The position numbers were made by a program, and so were the translations under genes. Shown piece by piece: positions 38,690 through 52,510 of a stretch of DNA of 64,000 nt (position 1 is its first letter; each line of letters starts with the position of its first letter). Origin of the DNA: Lama guanicoe (taxonomy: Eukaryota); assembly GCA_013239625.1 (NCBI GenBank), contig MU054220.1, positions 7,599,367-7,663,366 of the forward strand, given 5' to 3'. The notes under the pieces are model-generated. The model had not been told where the DNA came from, did no database searches, and worked only from the letters and a program-made list of their open reading frames with translations.

Positions 38690-38885
38690 TACATGATTTT
38701 ACAGCATCCTGTGTTTTTCTCTGCGTACTTCATCAAGTTGGTAATTTTTCTCTCTGCTTGAAGAACAATACCCATCTTGTTTCCTGCAATATCTAGCAAC
38801 CAGCACAATCCCAGGTGCGTAGTTGGTTTTCAAGAACAATGAATGAATAAATAAGAGAGTAAATGAATGAATTAATGAATGCATG
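38690..38885 (+). mobile_element. L2 3' end
   Basis: ccagcacaatcccaggtgcgtagttgg..gaatgaat tail. Confidence 0.65.
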
Positions 38886-39004
38886 ACAAATATTCCCAAC
38901 TGAACTCTGTGTTGATGCATTCTCAAAATACATTATTTTAAGTTTTGGGGGCACTCTGCACTATTTTCCTTCCAGATTCATTAGTAAATGATCTAATAGT
39001 ATTA

Positions 39005-39400
39005 GCCTGGGATCATAAACTCAGATGTCTTCAAGGTCTGAGATGTAATATAAAGGAAGTAGAACGGGCCATGGCTAAAATGACAAACGGTAATTGGCAT
39101 TCTGTCTCCATGTCAGGGAGGCAGTAAACTACAATAGGCATTGTGGTAACTGGAAAGGCATGCCCTGTATAAAGATAGGAGACCCTTCTCAGCAACAGTT
39201 GATCTTTGCTACATGGAAATTCAAGTCAATTTGTTATCAATTTTTTAGAAAAGAGGTCAGAAATATTTTTGTCTTTGAAGTCTCTTATTTGCAGTGTGAG
39301 CTAATTTTTACATAAACACTGCACCATCAAATACGTGGCTGAATTAGCTAGGCTGTGTGTTTAGATGTGACCCACAGACTCCTGGGGTTTGCCCCTGGCT
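39005..39400. mobile_element. MER102-like DNA transposon
   Basis: gggatcataaactcagatgtc..aactggaaaggcatgccctgtataaag..ggtttgcccctgg. Confidence 0.6.
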
Positions 39401-41547
39401 TAACCAAGCAACCACACAGTTCTCTTCTTATGTTGTATGATCAGTGTCTTCCGAAACTATCTCTGATGGCACGTTCTTAAAGGGCAATGATCATTTGTCA
39501 GAATTCATGTTTGAATAAGATGAATCAGTGGGTTGGTTTCCCTAACTGTTTGGAACATCTGATGGCTTTAATTCCCACTTGGTGAGTTTTCCTTACAACT
39601 CAATTTTCTCATTGCTATCTCATTATTTAAAAACTTAAAAAATATTAAAGATGAAAACGGAGCCTTTCCACAATGACGGCAAAAACGTTTCCAAGGCTGT
39701 ACTGTCAGCCACAGGCAAATGTTAACATCCAGAAAGACTTCTCTGTTTATTACAGAATTTTTAATACATTGAAAAATTTCAAACAATTTAATGTATGTGT
39801 ATAGAAGAGTTAATAAATGCATAATAGAACCATGCCTCATAACATTGTGTAGTTATTACATGTTGTCTGAGACTGTTTAATGACATAGAAAAGTATTTTT
39901 TATGTATTAGGTAAAAATAAAAGTACCAAAATATAGGGTCATAGTGTCATATTAATTTTGTATTTAAAATTTGCTAATTAATAAACAAGACATATGCAAA
40001 ACAAATTTTTGTTTATAGAAGTCACTACTAAAAGGGAGAATTACAGTTAATAAAGAAAAAAATCCTTCAGTTTTGGTTCTCTGCATTTCCTAAATATTCT
40101 ATTGTGAACACGTTTCTTATAGTCTTCCCCACCCTGTAAAAAAAGGGATGTTAAATGACACTGACTAAGACACTATCAATAGACTAACTAAAAGGATAAA
40201 TTCATTTTTTTAAATTTTATTTTGTATGGCTTTAATAACTAAGGAACCAATGAGACTATAGAAGAAGATGTTATCTATTATTAAATGGATTATCCTGGAA
40301 TGGCTCATAGAAATCAAGACCAAGAGGAGGCTCCCCCTCACTGAGAGGCTCAGACAATGGAGACACTTTGACAAAGACTACAAGACTGACTAATGTGTTA
40401 GTTCAAAGTCATCACAAAGGCTTCAACTGTCATGCTATTGCAAGTATTAAATTGTATCTCATTACTCACACACACACACAGATAAGGTCTTAAGAACAAT
40501 AGATCCCAAGTCATGAAACTTTCAACAAGGCAACTAACTCTAAGGCACTTTTATCAGAACTTGAAGTGAAAATTGGGCACAAAAAGAAATTGGCAAACAC
40601 ATGGAAAGACTTTGAAAAATGTCACTTTGGTTCAATAACTTTTGATTCATTTTGCTATTTGATATCCACAAAAATCAGACACCATGATGAATTCAGTTTG
40701 TTACAGTATGCATTTAGTATGTAATTTAATTGAATTTCCAATGTAGTAGGCCATCTATTATTCTAAGTGAGAGAAAAGTCCGAATTCACTGAGATTGATA
40801 TATGCATCAGGATACTCTTGAAGGAATAGTTCAGAATTCTCTTTTCAAGTATGACTTCAAAGAGCCACTGATAAATAAAGCAAGGCACAGTGTAATTAAA
40901 ACCAATTAAATTCAAACAAAGCAAAATTGTTTAAGTATATTCATCATCGAGCTTGAATCTTACTGTTGTATTTATTTCTCCCTAATTCCAATGAATATCA
41001 TTTTCTTAGGATGTAGGATACATCTTATACTGGGAGGTGGGATGGGGGATTACACCATTGCAGGATTTCATTCCTTCTGGGAACTGGAAGTGGCGATGAA
41101 AATCACAGCTATGATTAAAATCACAAATAATCACAAATGCCTTTGTTCATCAATTTGTCTCCAATGTTACAGATCATAAGGGATATGACATTTAGTATTT
41201 GTACCTGAATATAGCCTGTATACATACTGGCCTACTGTAATTGAGTCTTAAAAGGAACGCTATGAGGAGTAGATTTCTGTTAACCAAAGGGAGTAACAAC
41301 TACAACAACAAAAATCAATTGGTAAGAATAATGAGTGGCAAGCAGACAGTTGTACAAATTATTATTTCAAAAAAGTAAGTATTTTTGTTAAGACACTTTT
41401 AATTTCTTGTTCAGCAAAAATATGCTTCTTATTTCTGGAAAAGCCCAGCTACTACATCACTGGCGTTCAGCAGGGGAACAGGGGAACGTTTATCCTGAGC
41501 AGCAAGCTAACAAGATACCTTCTTTTAGCTCACCTGGATTTTTAAAT

Positions 41548-41900
41548 TGGCATATACTGAATGTTTGTGTCTCCTAAAATCCATATACTGAAGCCTATTT
41601 CTCAGTGGGATGGTATTTGGAGGTGAGACCTTGGGAGGTGATTATGAGTCATGAGGACAGCCCTCATGAATAGAATTAGTACCCTGATAAAAGAGACCCC
41701 AGAGAGCTTTCTCACCCCTTCCTTCATGTGGAGTCACAGTGAGATGGCCATCTATGAACCGGGAATCTGATTCTCACCAGACACCAGTTTCCCAAGGACT
41801 GATTTTGGACTTCCAGTCTCTAGAACTATGAGAACAAATTTTTGTTTTTTAAGCCACCCAGTCTATGTTATTTTTGTTATAGCAGTCCAAAACTAAGATA
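41548..41900 (+). mobile_element. MaLR solo LTR (MLT1A0-like)
   Basis: actgaatgtttgtgtctcc..tcatgaggacagccctcatgaat..taagccacccagtctatg. Confidence 0.9.
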
Positions 41901-42074
41901 AGAATAAAATTGTTTCACTCCTTTTTAAAGTACAAAAAATTTTTTTTCAATCAAATGGGAAATTGTTTTTGTTTTCCATTTGAAGGCAAAAGAAACAATA
42001 CACACCACACAAAGTGTAGCAGATATCCATATCCTAATTCTTGGAAAAAACCTTGTCAAAAATCCCCTTACACA

Positions 42075-42392
42075 TCAGAAGTGACTTTGCAGATATGATT
42101 AAATAAAGGGACTGGCGATGGGAGTACCTGGATTATTCCGGCTGGCCCAAGTACTGCCAGGATGCCCAATAAGAAGAAGGCAGGATGGTCAAAGTGCGAG
42201 AGGAAGAGATGTGGCCACAGAAACAGACTCTCGAGCTATAAAAGACAAGAAATGGAATTTTGCCTCCAATTTCCAAGAAGGAATGTAGTCTTGCCAACTT
42301 AGTTTATCTTCCTGACCACAAGACCATAAATTTCTGTTGCTTTAAGCCACTAAATTGGTAGTCATTACAGCAGTAATAGGAAAGTAGTTACA
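42075..42392 (+). mobile_element. MaLR LTR (MLT1D-like)
   Basis: gactttgcagatatgattaa..ataaatttctgttgctttaagccactaaatt..gcagtaataggaaa. Confidence 0.75.
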
Positions 42393-43329
42393 TCTAACAA
42401 TGAAGTTATATTAGCAAATCTCAAAGAAGTATGTACTGAGTCCCGGACCTCTAGCCATTCCATTATGCCATATTTTACTTTCCAGTCTGTACCAACTGGT
42501 ACACATGGATAGCGTTCTAACTAGATCATTTTATCCAAAGTCAACTCACACTTATGGAGCCCTTGCTATGTGAATTTCCAGGACCAGGTGCTGGACTCAA
42601 ACAAATATGAAAAAGGACCATGTTTGTAAGTATGAACAATCCCACGTACAATAATGTCATTTAATGTAATATAAAATTCTCTCTTTTTAGAGTCTGAATT
42701 CTAAATCTCCCCTGTTGGATTTAACTCTTTTGGAAAAGTTTGGGTTTTTTTTGTTTGTTTGTTTAAAGTTTATCTCAATACCTAGAAGGGCTCCTGGTAT
42801 ATAGCACAGGCATTCAATAAATGTGCTGACAGGATTCATAAATTAACTTCTCTATGATATTATAATTGGTTTAGGATACACAAAATCACCATGCAAAATG
42901 CTAAGTGAAAAAGCTAATTCAGTTTACTTAATATAACAGTATAAGAAAGATCACAAGGCAGCACGTGATTAAGAGCCAAGTGAGTAATACAGACAGTAAG
43001 TACTTGCCAAGTTTGGAGGAGGAAGGGATCATTGTAGACTAGGATGGTTTAGAAAATCATAAATGGGAAGGTGAGTTAAACTTGGACTTGAAATACCAGT
43101 AATTAGTGCAAATTAATCAGGTACTTATCTACTGATTAAATCGTGCACACTTGTTTATTACATTTCTATCTATTACTTAAATATATACCTGTAACTAAAA
43201 ACTTACCTCTGCTGTACCAGAAATATCTCAATATTATAGCAATTTGGTTAGTGAATCTGTGTTTATGATGATTATAGGTTTATGAGGTTTGAGAATTTTA
43301 TTTATTTAATAATTAACTCATAGCCCCAT

Positions 43330-44730
43330 GTCTCAATTCATCTAATCAAAATATATTTATTCTACTATGTTTAATGTACTCTGCTAGAGCGGGGAGAAAA
43401 CTGAGATGGCTAAGATTCTTTCTCAAGAGCTTACTGTCTCACAGGGGGAGATGAATATGTAAACAATGCAAGAAAGTATTATAAGTGCTATTAATAGAAA
43501 TACACATAGGGAATTATTGAGCGTATCGAAGGTATGTGACTCACAAAAAGGAGCGCGTGCTTAGTCTAAGTCTTGAAAGGTGGATATACGTTTACAAGGT
43601 GAAAAAATACAGGAGACATAAATACACTGTGAGAAAAAATATTAAAATGCGGAAAGCTTGGTGTATTTGGAAACTACGAGTAGTAATTTGACATGGATGT
43701 ATCATAGGTGAAACTCTTAGGTGGGTAGGTGTTGCATTTTAAATTCCTATTTCTCTTTGTTCTGCATCACCAATTTTCCCACTCAAGCAATTTTTTTCTG
43801 ATGGCCATACAAATCTGCCCAACTGTAGTATCTCTCAATTCTGTAAATCCTCTTGACTTCACTTACCATCAGCATCATCACACTATCTCCTTTCTTGTAG
43901 AGCAAAACTCAAGAACGCTGTCTATACGTGTCGTCTCAAAATTTCTGTCTTCTCACTCTCTTTTGAAGCCACTGTAGTCAGGTTTCAACACCCACTCTCC
44001 AACCAAACTGCTATTTTCAAAGTCTCCAGTGATGACCATGAGGGTAAGACCAATGATGAGTTCTCAACTCTTTTCCTACTTGGCCTGTCACTAGCATTTG
44101 ACATAGTTGATCACTCCCCCCAGGAAATAGTTTCTTTACTAGATTTCCAAGACAATACATTCCCCAGAACTCTTCCTTAATGACTTCTTCTTGTCACTAA
44201 CTTTTGCCTGCTCATAGTCATCTCCCAAGTTTCTATAAGGTTCAATCCTTGAACATTTTTTCTCATTTTTTAAACAAAATTTATTTCCTTGACTAGTTTA
44301 TCTAGTCTCACAGTTTCATATGCCATCAATGTATTGACAAGCCCAAATTTATATTTCCAGCTCTGTTTCCTGAACTTCAGCTTCATATACCCAGCTGCCA
44401 ACTCAGCTGTCCAGTTGATATATAACATGTGTCCCACACTTGACATGTTTAAAACCTCCAATCTGCCCCCAGTCCCATCACAATCTGCTTCTCCTGCCCT
44501 CATTTTTGTCTCAATAAATAACCGATACATTCTTACAGTTGCTCAAGTCAGCTATCTTGAACTTGCTCTTGACACTTCTTTTACTCATGTATCCTACATT
44601 CTATGAATCAACAAATCCTGCCATTTCTGCCTTTATGACATATTTAGATTCCAGACCTTTTTCACAACCTCTATCACTATCATCATAGTTCAAGCCTCTG
44701 TTATCTCTCAAATGAATTATCTATCTCTCA
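43330..44730. mobile_element. L2 fragments (minus-strand 3' end about 43330-43740; plus-strand ORF2 part about 43780-44730)
   Basis: gcatttgacatagttgatcactccc; cccaaatttatatttccagc..ctgaacttcag L2 motifs. Confidence 0.75.
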
Positions 44731-45250
44731 GATTACCTGAAATTTTAGGTTGTTCATCTCAAGGCTGTTACCTACTTACTGGGTGATGTTTTATGAGTCA
44801 CAATCATCTCTCTCTGCCTCATTCATTCTCCTTATCTGCATAGTGGGTGTCAAAATGATCACCTCAAAGGTTAATTGTGAAGAAAAATCCTAACAGTCTG
44901 AAAGGAATAGATATTCAATAAGCATGATTGTGTTTTTTCACTCTCTTGCCTTCAAAATTAGCCTCAACTCTTTCTCATCCCCGAATAACATCTTTTGAAG
45001 CCTGACTGAGATTAGAGTAGTAGAAATAGATTCCAATCAGTATACATTTCTAGAGTCTCAAAATATGTTTCTATGTAGTATTTTTGCCTATTATTAATAG
45101 CAATATTTTTCTTCAATAATAATAATCTTACTGAGGAGATTGGGGTAGACTGCCTAATGGATGGAGAACAATAGGTTTTCACACAAATTGGATAGCTTCT
45201 CAACACCTGCTACTGAATCAGCAACATATCAGTGGTGACTTAGAAATACT

Positions 45251-46010
45251 GGGAGGCTGTGGAGAAAAGGGAACCCTCCTACACTGTTGGTGGGAATGCA
45301 GTTTGGTGCAGCCACTGTGGAAAACAGTATGGAGATTCCTCAAAAGACTAGAAGCAGACTTGCCATATGACCCAGGAATCCCGCTTCTGGGTATATATCC
45401 AGAAGGAACCCTACTTCAAAATGACCTGCACCCCAATGTTCATAGCAGCACTGTTTACAATAGCCAAAATATGGAAACAGCCTAAATGTCCATCAACAGA
45501 TGACTGGATAAAGAAGACGTGGCATATTTATACAATGGAATACTATTCAGCCATCAAAACCGACAACATAACGCCATTTGCAGCAACATAGATGTTCCTG
45601 GAGAATGTCATTCTAAGTGAAGTAAGCCAGAAAGAGAAAGAAAAATACCATATGAGATTGCTCATATATGGAATCTAAAAAAAAACCCAAAAAACAAAAC
45701 AGAAACAGATTCATAGACATAGAATACAAACTTGTGGTTGCCAAGGGGGTTGGGGGTGGGGAGGGACAGACTGGGATTTCAAAATGTAGAATAGATAAAC
45801 AAGATTATACTGAATAGCACAGGGAAATATATACAAGATCTTATGGTAGCTCACAGAGAAAAAAATGTGACAATGAATATATATATGTTCACGTATAACT
45901 GAAAAATTGTGCTTTACACTGGAATTTGACACAACATTGTAAGATTATTATAACTCAATAAAAAATGTTAAAATAAAATTAAATTAAATTAAAGCAAAAA
46001 AAAAAAAAGA
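45251..46010 (+). mobile_element. Young LINE-1 3' end (camelid L1-like), 5'-truncated, with A-rich tail
   Basis: ORF2 C-terminus ([58 protein letters not shown]), 3'UTR, AATAAA and poly(A). Confidence 0.95.
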
Positions 46011-46139
46011 AAGAATTACGGGTACCCACCTGAGGGATTGTTACATAGCAATGTTGTTAAAGAGGCACAGGAGATTTTAGAGTTCAAATCATAACATATA
46101 AACTCTGTGACATGAAAGAAAAGGCTAGATTTGCATGCA

Positions 46140-46330
46140 TGTAGGGTCTCTATCCAAAAGACCTGGGTTTGAGTCCTTAATTATCTTGGTTCAGACACTT
46201 AACTGCTTCTGAGTCTCAATCTGTGAACTTGAAATTATAATTTTTTTCAGAATTGCTGTAGATATCAAGTGGATTAATGTGATAGGTATGTTCTAAACAG
46301 TGAAGCAAATGTTAATCAAATAGCATTATG
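46140..46330 (+). mobile_element. MIR SINE
   Basis: agacctgggtttgagtcc..cacttaactgcttctgagtctca. Confidence 0.7.
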
Positions 46331-47896
46331 TTAAATAAGATTAGCTCAACTATGTGCGCGTGTGTGTGTACATACATACTTATAATGGACCAATCATTAG
46401 TGATTCAAGAATATTTGAGAGCAATCTACTGGTCAGTGAAGACAGAGAATAGACAAGTTTGTAAATAAACATGAAACAGTGTGAAGGTACAATCTTCTTT
46501 CATCAGTTTATTCTTTTAAAATTTTATTATGCAGGACGTTCTAAGCACCAATATATGGGAGCACATCCATGATCTTATTTTAATTTTACCCATTTGCATA
46601 TCATTGAATCACTCTCCTACGTAAGGCAGTAATCTTTGATGACCTTTTCCAATAGTTTCCATTTGATTTAGGAAGGATTGTCTTGCATTTTGAATGGCAT
46701 GGATGGCCATGTGCTGTCTATTATTAGTTTTTTAATAGGTGATACTTGCTTTTTAACCCTAAGATTTGTGTCCCTTCAGGTATAACTAATTCATCAGGCT
46801 TAGATAATATATTTTCTACTATTTTAAACTTGAGCTACTGAAGGGAAATACTGCTTAAAACTTACATATTGCAGGGATTCAACATATATTATTGAAATGA
46901 GAATTGGTAAAGGGCAAAACTGAAGCACTTATTTGCTCATGTTATCAAATTTCTTTTTGAATGGCCACTATATTAGTGACACTGAGTCTTTTGCTAAGCT
47001 TTTAATTGTTTTTCACTTCTCTAGGTATTTCTAATGATTAATCTTGACTTTGAAACTGCTAAATTGCCTACTAGTGATCAATTAAATTTTATAATTATTT
47101 CACTATAATTGTATACATCATGTGATATATAGCTATATATAAATATATGTATATATATCATAGAGCCTTGGTTTGGGTAATAATATGAAGTTCATTTAGT
47201 CCAATCCCCCAGGCAACATGAATCTCTTGTACCATTTGATACAGTTTTCACATTTGTGGGTAAACACCTCCACAAGTCAATATCCAAATGGTTGATATGA
47301 AACAGAAACATATGAAAACTTGGAAAAATAAAGCTAAGTGTTTTTTTTTTAATCTAGTGTAGACTAGTTTTTTTTTTAATGTTAGTAAAATTCACATGTT
47401 CTTAAAATACGTATTTTTAAAAAAAACACACAGTGATTTCAAGCTATTACTATGGCAACTATTTGCATCAGAGAACTATTTTTTTCTCAGTGCTATTTCG
47501 GTATCATTAAATCCTTGATAATGTTTTATTGTTTGGTATCTGTTAAGTCCACATGCATTTTAGCATCTATTTTACTTAACGAATTATGTCTGACAAAAGG
47601 GAAAACTTACAGAACAGTAAACAACACTATGAATTACCTCAGGAAGCAGGAAACCACTGTGTTTGCTAGCAGCATTATGTCTTCAAACTAATGTCACCAA
47701 GTAATTATGAACAGATTCCATTATTGGGACATATATCCTTTTGCAAATGTATTCATTATAATGAAGCAAAACGAGAGACTGGAGTAGTGAAATTGCAAAA
47801 TTGCACATATTAGAGAGGCTTTTATCCTATTAAAACAAAGCAAAGGAAATGGAAAAAAGAAAAAAATTGTCCAACTATATGTAAGGGAAAAAAAAT

Positions 47897-47910
47897 GTTG
47901 CCATGGCAAC
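47897..47910. promoter_or_regulatory. RFX X-box (perfect palindrome GTTGCCATGGCAAC)
   Basis: Exact 14-bp consensus palindrome in unique sequence. Confidence 0.6.
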
Positions 47911-50039
47911 CGGATGCCATTTGCTGTATTTTCTTCATTAGACAACTGAAGGTGATTCCATGGAGAAGAAAATGCCACTTAAATTTAAGATACCAATCTG
48001 ATAGGCATATATATTTCTAGCTTCTCCTTGAGTGTTTACTGAAGTGCTATTTTTATTTAAGAACCACCCAGATTATTTGTTATTGATGAAGGTTTAAGGA
48101 GGTAGGGAGATTCCTCAGAACTGAGACCATTGTGGTTCACTGTTGACTTTCACTTCCTTTTATTTCCCCACTCTAAAAGAAAAGAAAGGTATAAATAAAG
48201 AAAATCTTGCAAGAGGGAGCAATAAACTGGTCTGTTTCCCTGGCCTCTGGGGCCTCGTAAGTTCAACGTTCCATAACTTAGTTGAGTCGAGCTATCTGTA
48301 TTTTTTTTTTTATCACTGACAAACACCTGTGCAACGGTGTATAGGATGCACTGTTGAATTTGATGGCTTGGGTGGTTGTCGAAAAATGCTGAAGGTGATG
48401 CAGTTTCACCTAAATGTTCTAACCATATATCCTTGCTGCTACATGTACCTACTGGGCAGTGACAGGTTGACTTAGTAAATGGGAACAGGAACTTCCCAAC
48501 ATGTCTCCGACTCCCCCAAGCACTTCTCTTGGTTACTCTTACAGCTACTGCATTCTAGTAGCTTCCTCACACAATACTCCAGCCTGACCAAGTAGAAAGA
48601 GTACATCAATTTTGATAAACCTCTATTTCTAATTTACTAATAAACTCACCTTTCCAAATCACTGCTTCACTTGGGTTTTGGAATAGAATTCGTTTTTCAC
48701 ATAGAAAACTTAAGTAAAATAAATAATATTAATTTAAGTATGCAAACATATGTTCTTTATGTACTTGGTATATTTTTATACTAATAGCAGTACCTGGAAA
48801 AAAACCATTTATCCCTGTAGGTTTTCACATTTTGAAGCAAAATTAAATTGTTTAAATATTTTTAGGGTTACAAACTTTTATAAAACTACTTGGGAAATAA
48901 AAGGATCTTAGCTTGAAGCTGCGGAGATTTTTTTCAATAATATGTAAATACTAAATATTCTTGGATGAGCATGATTTTTCTCCCTAAAGCAAAAACTGTT
49001 TGTCTCTCTGATGCTCTGTGTGGCAGCATGCCATTTAGAATGCAGTGACTTTTCACGGGAGTTGCTAAAACATGTTCAGTTTACACTGAGCTGCTGAAAT
49101 CATCTTTGTCTCAGCCCAGTGGCTAATAAAATTACAGTGTTAAGCAGTATTGAAGAAAATAACTCTGGAAATACTTTGCCGCTGCCTCTGGCTTCATGCC
49201 TGCCTGAAGATCATCAAAGCTCAACTTGGATTTCTGAAGCATTCCTATTTTTTTTTCCTTATTCTACCCTCAAAGACTTCCTAGTTTCTTAGTCCCAAAT
49301 ATACATGTCCAACCACAAGGTCCACTTGTTGATTCCTGATTACTTCACATCATCATGACCTTCAAACACTGGCCAACATGTCTTTCCTACCAGAATGGAT
49401 TCCCTGCAAGGGTCTGAACAGCACGGTTGGAATTACTTCATAAACCTCACATGTGTCTTTTTCCTGAGACTCTTGAATTTGAAGAGCTATGTATTCTCAC
49501 GCTAAGTACTAAGAACCCATGGGAGACCAGTAAATCATTGCTTGTGAGTTTATTTGCATTTGTGGATTCAGGAAATAGTTATAGACGGTTACTTTTCAGC
49601 TGGTAGTAAGGAGGAACAAAGGGACCTAAAAAAGTGATCGCTCTTCTCTACCTGCTTCTCCTTGTATTTTCACATGTCATCCTAAAACAACACAATAGAT
49701 AATATATCCGTTGAACAGTTCTGTTGATAGAGCTAGGTATGAGGGAGAGAGATGGAGAGCTGAACTTGTACGTGGAGTTGAATACATTGATACAAACCAA
49801 AGTTCAGGAAGGGGTGAATTCTATTTTCTTCCCCATTTTAGCAGCCCCCATCTTTGTACAAGATGACAGCATGTACTTTTCTTGAAAAAGCAGTGACATT
49901 TATGATTTCATTAACAATCTCAAATGAATAACAATAATGGAATATTGTTAAGTTACTCAGTACAAGGATCCAAACATGGTAACAATGGAAATAATGTGCT
50001 TATTTTAAAAAGAGAGAGAAAAACAAGCTGTTGAGGGGA

Positions 50040-50600
50040 TTAAATCAAAGTGGTTGAGTGAGCTCTGATGCCAATCAAACCTCGATTCCTGTCTAACTTG
50101 CAATGCTTTTCAGCTGCATGATTTCAGGCATGTTATTTTAGCTTCCCTGAGCCTCAGTTTTCTCATTTTTAATGCTGAGATAATAACAATAACATTGTCA
50201 GAAGACTCATGTGAGCAGTAAGTGGGTAAAATGCGCATTAGACACTAAGAATGACTGGTGCTAATGTTAAAAATTGCCAGTACCATCATATTTTCAGCAT
50301 TGTTGTTTTTATTTGCATTATGATTGTAACTTTGGCCAGAAAAGTTAGCTTTAAATATTGGTAAATGGTGAAGACTCAAGGTTAAGAGTGAAGACTCAGA
50401 AGTTAGACTGTCTGCTTTTAAATCACTCCTTCCCATAAAAGAGCTTAATGATCTTACACACTTCTCTTAATCTTCTAAGCCCAGCTAATCATTTACCCAT
50501 CTGATAGAATTATAGTGAAGACTGACTGATAGAAACTGTTTCCTGGCACACAGTAGGGACCTACAGCTCTTAGTTTTCACCCCAGTATTATTACTGCTAT
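50040..50600 (+). mobile_element. Two adjacent MIR copies
   Basis: ctgagcctcagttttctcatt; gttagactgtctgctttaaatc..cctggcacacagtagg. Confidence 0.75.
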
Positions 50601-51079
50601 TAATATTATTGCATAGGATATTATTTTGAGTTTTTCCCCTCTCTTATAGCCTCTTATCTCAAATTTACATACCACACATTAAGGCAATGGTTAGGTATTC
50701 TCTGCTAATTGCCCGAGAGAAAAATAACAGATAAGTAGAGACTGATTTACTACATTTTGAGTTTTATTCTCTTTTTACATTTATTGAAATATAATTTACA
50801 TACAATATATCTTCTTTTTAAATCTATAGTCCAACAAGTTTGGACAAATGTATATACCTGGGAACCATCACCATAGGTTTTTGGGGTTTTTAAGTTGATT
50901 TTGAACTAATGGCATGAAAATAGTTTTTAGTAGAAAAAATAACTTGAAAGGCACACTTTTGAAATAACTGGGATTCACCTTCATAAACCCTGCACGAGGC
51001 AGAACATTATATTTTTGCCCTTAACAACAGACATCAAAGACTATCTGACTCATGTTAGAGAAAACTTTTTTAGTCTAAC

Positions 51080-51815
51080 TGTTGGGATAAGAAGAATCCG
51101 TGAATGGATCCTTTGTCCTGCCTTCCAGCCAAGGTAGGGTGAGAAGTTGAGAGGCGTGGCAGAAACTCCACAGAGGTTTGGAGGCTGGAAAAGCAGGGGA
51201 CTCCCTGGGAGAACCCAGGAGGGCAGCCGGCCTCACAGAGTACCTGCATGCACGGCATGCTTTAGGAGCAGGGAAACAGAGATGGCCAAGTTAGATACAC
51301 AGGCAATGGGTCTGTGACATATTAGCATTCCGTGAACTCCAATGGCGTGAGAAAACAGTGATGTGGTACTTGAACGCTCCATAAATGCAGTGCTTAAGAG
51401 AGAGCCAGAGCTGAGAGGCCTGTGGTCAAGAATGTACCTGTAGACCAGTGGTTAAAGAACAGATGGAACTGGGGTGTCTCAGTTATTTATGTGGATGGAC
51501 AAAATGTTTTTTAGAGAGACAGTGCGTATTTAGGTGTATTTCAGCAGAGAGGTAGCAGTGACTGAGGGCCAGGTAGCTACCTTCCTTTCCAATGCTTCAG
51601 CAATCAAACAGCTCCCAAGAGACTTTAGAACAAAACACACACAGAGTAAGTCAAGAGGGGAAACTCTCAAGTCACTGAGTCCTTGAATTGGCCAAACCTA
51701 AATTTTCAAATCCTGTTGGAATTGAGGCTTAAATTGAAAATTTCATTTTATTATATGGGGGAATAATTTTATTTGTACATCTGGTTTGTGGCACAAGATT
51801 TACTATACCTGATAT
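51080..51815 (+). mobile_element. Old eutherian LTR-like element (possibly Gypsy-type MamGypLTR)
   Basis: GC-richer block ending gtacatctggtttgtgg..agatt..atacctg; the family assignment is weak. Confidence 0.35.
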
Positions 51816-52510
51816 ATTATTTGTAAATGGAAACACATTTCTGGGAAAGGAGGGGATAGGGGTAAGAAAGAGATAGATTTCTCGCATCTCAGTGAAGATT
51901 TCTTATATCCTAAAGTCCCGGAAAAAAAGTGGAGTTTTTTAAAAAATGACAAGAAGAATGCTTTGCTTTGTTGATTACACAGTATGATATTTTTGTACCT
52001 GTCATCCAGTTATTGATATGTTGGTAACATACCTAAAATATCATTCCTTTTGTTTAGCTTTGCTGATTGCATTTCATATACTCATCACATGACAAGCTTT
52101 AATTTGCTGACCACTATTAACCCTGGGTTTCTTTTCCCTACTCCTTTTTTTTTTTCTGTTTTTTTTTTTCCCAGTTCATATATTTTTCTATCCATTAAAC
52201 CAAAATTGTTGATGAGAGACTTTTCAACAGAGACAGAATCATTCTTCCAGAATGCCTCCTTTGAATATCAGTGTTTGGGAAATAAGCACTTAGACTTAAA
52301 TGTGAATTACAACAGAAAAGAATCACTCAGGAAAGTAAAATTTCAGAGGATACACAGTCAAAGGAAAAACCTACAAATAAACAATAATACAATTCTTATT
52401 TACTCAAGTGAATTAGGTAAACAGTATCTTCTAAGCTTTCTTCTGTTTAGTAAATAATTTAACAGCGGCAGTTTTATTACCTGTCAAAAATAATGATTTG
52501 GTATTGTGGC

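Noticed and set aside
41649..41669. TCATGAGG..CCTCATGA hairpin
   Set aside because: An intrinsic feature of the MLT1A consensus.
48650..48793. Minus-strand segment with a strong acceptor and an AAG|GTGAGT donor
   Set aside because: Extremely AT-rich, intron-like interior; likely a pseudo-exon, though a non-coding exon is not excluded.
49394..49543. Plus-strand 150-nt exon-like segment
   Set aside because: Stops in all three frames and no partner exons identified.
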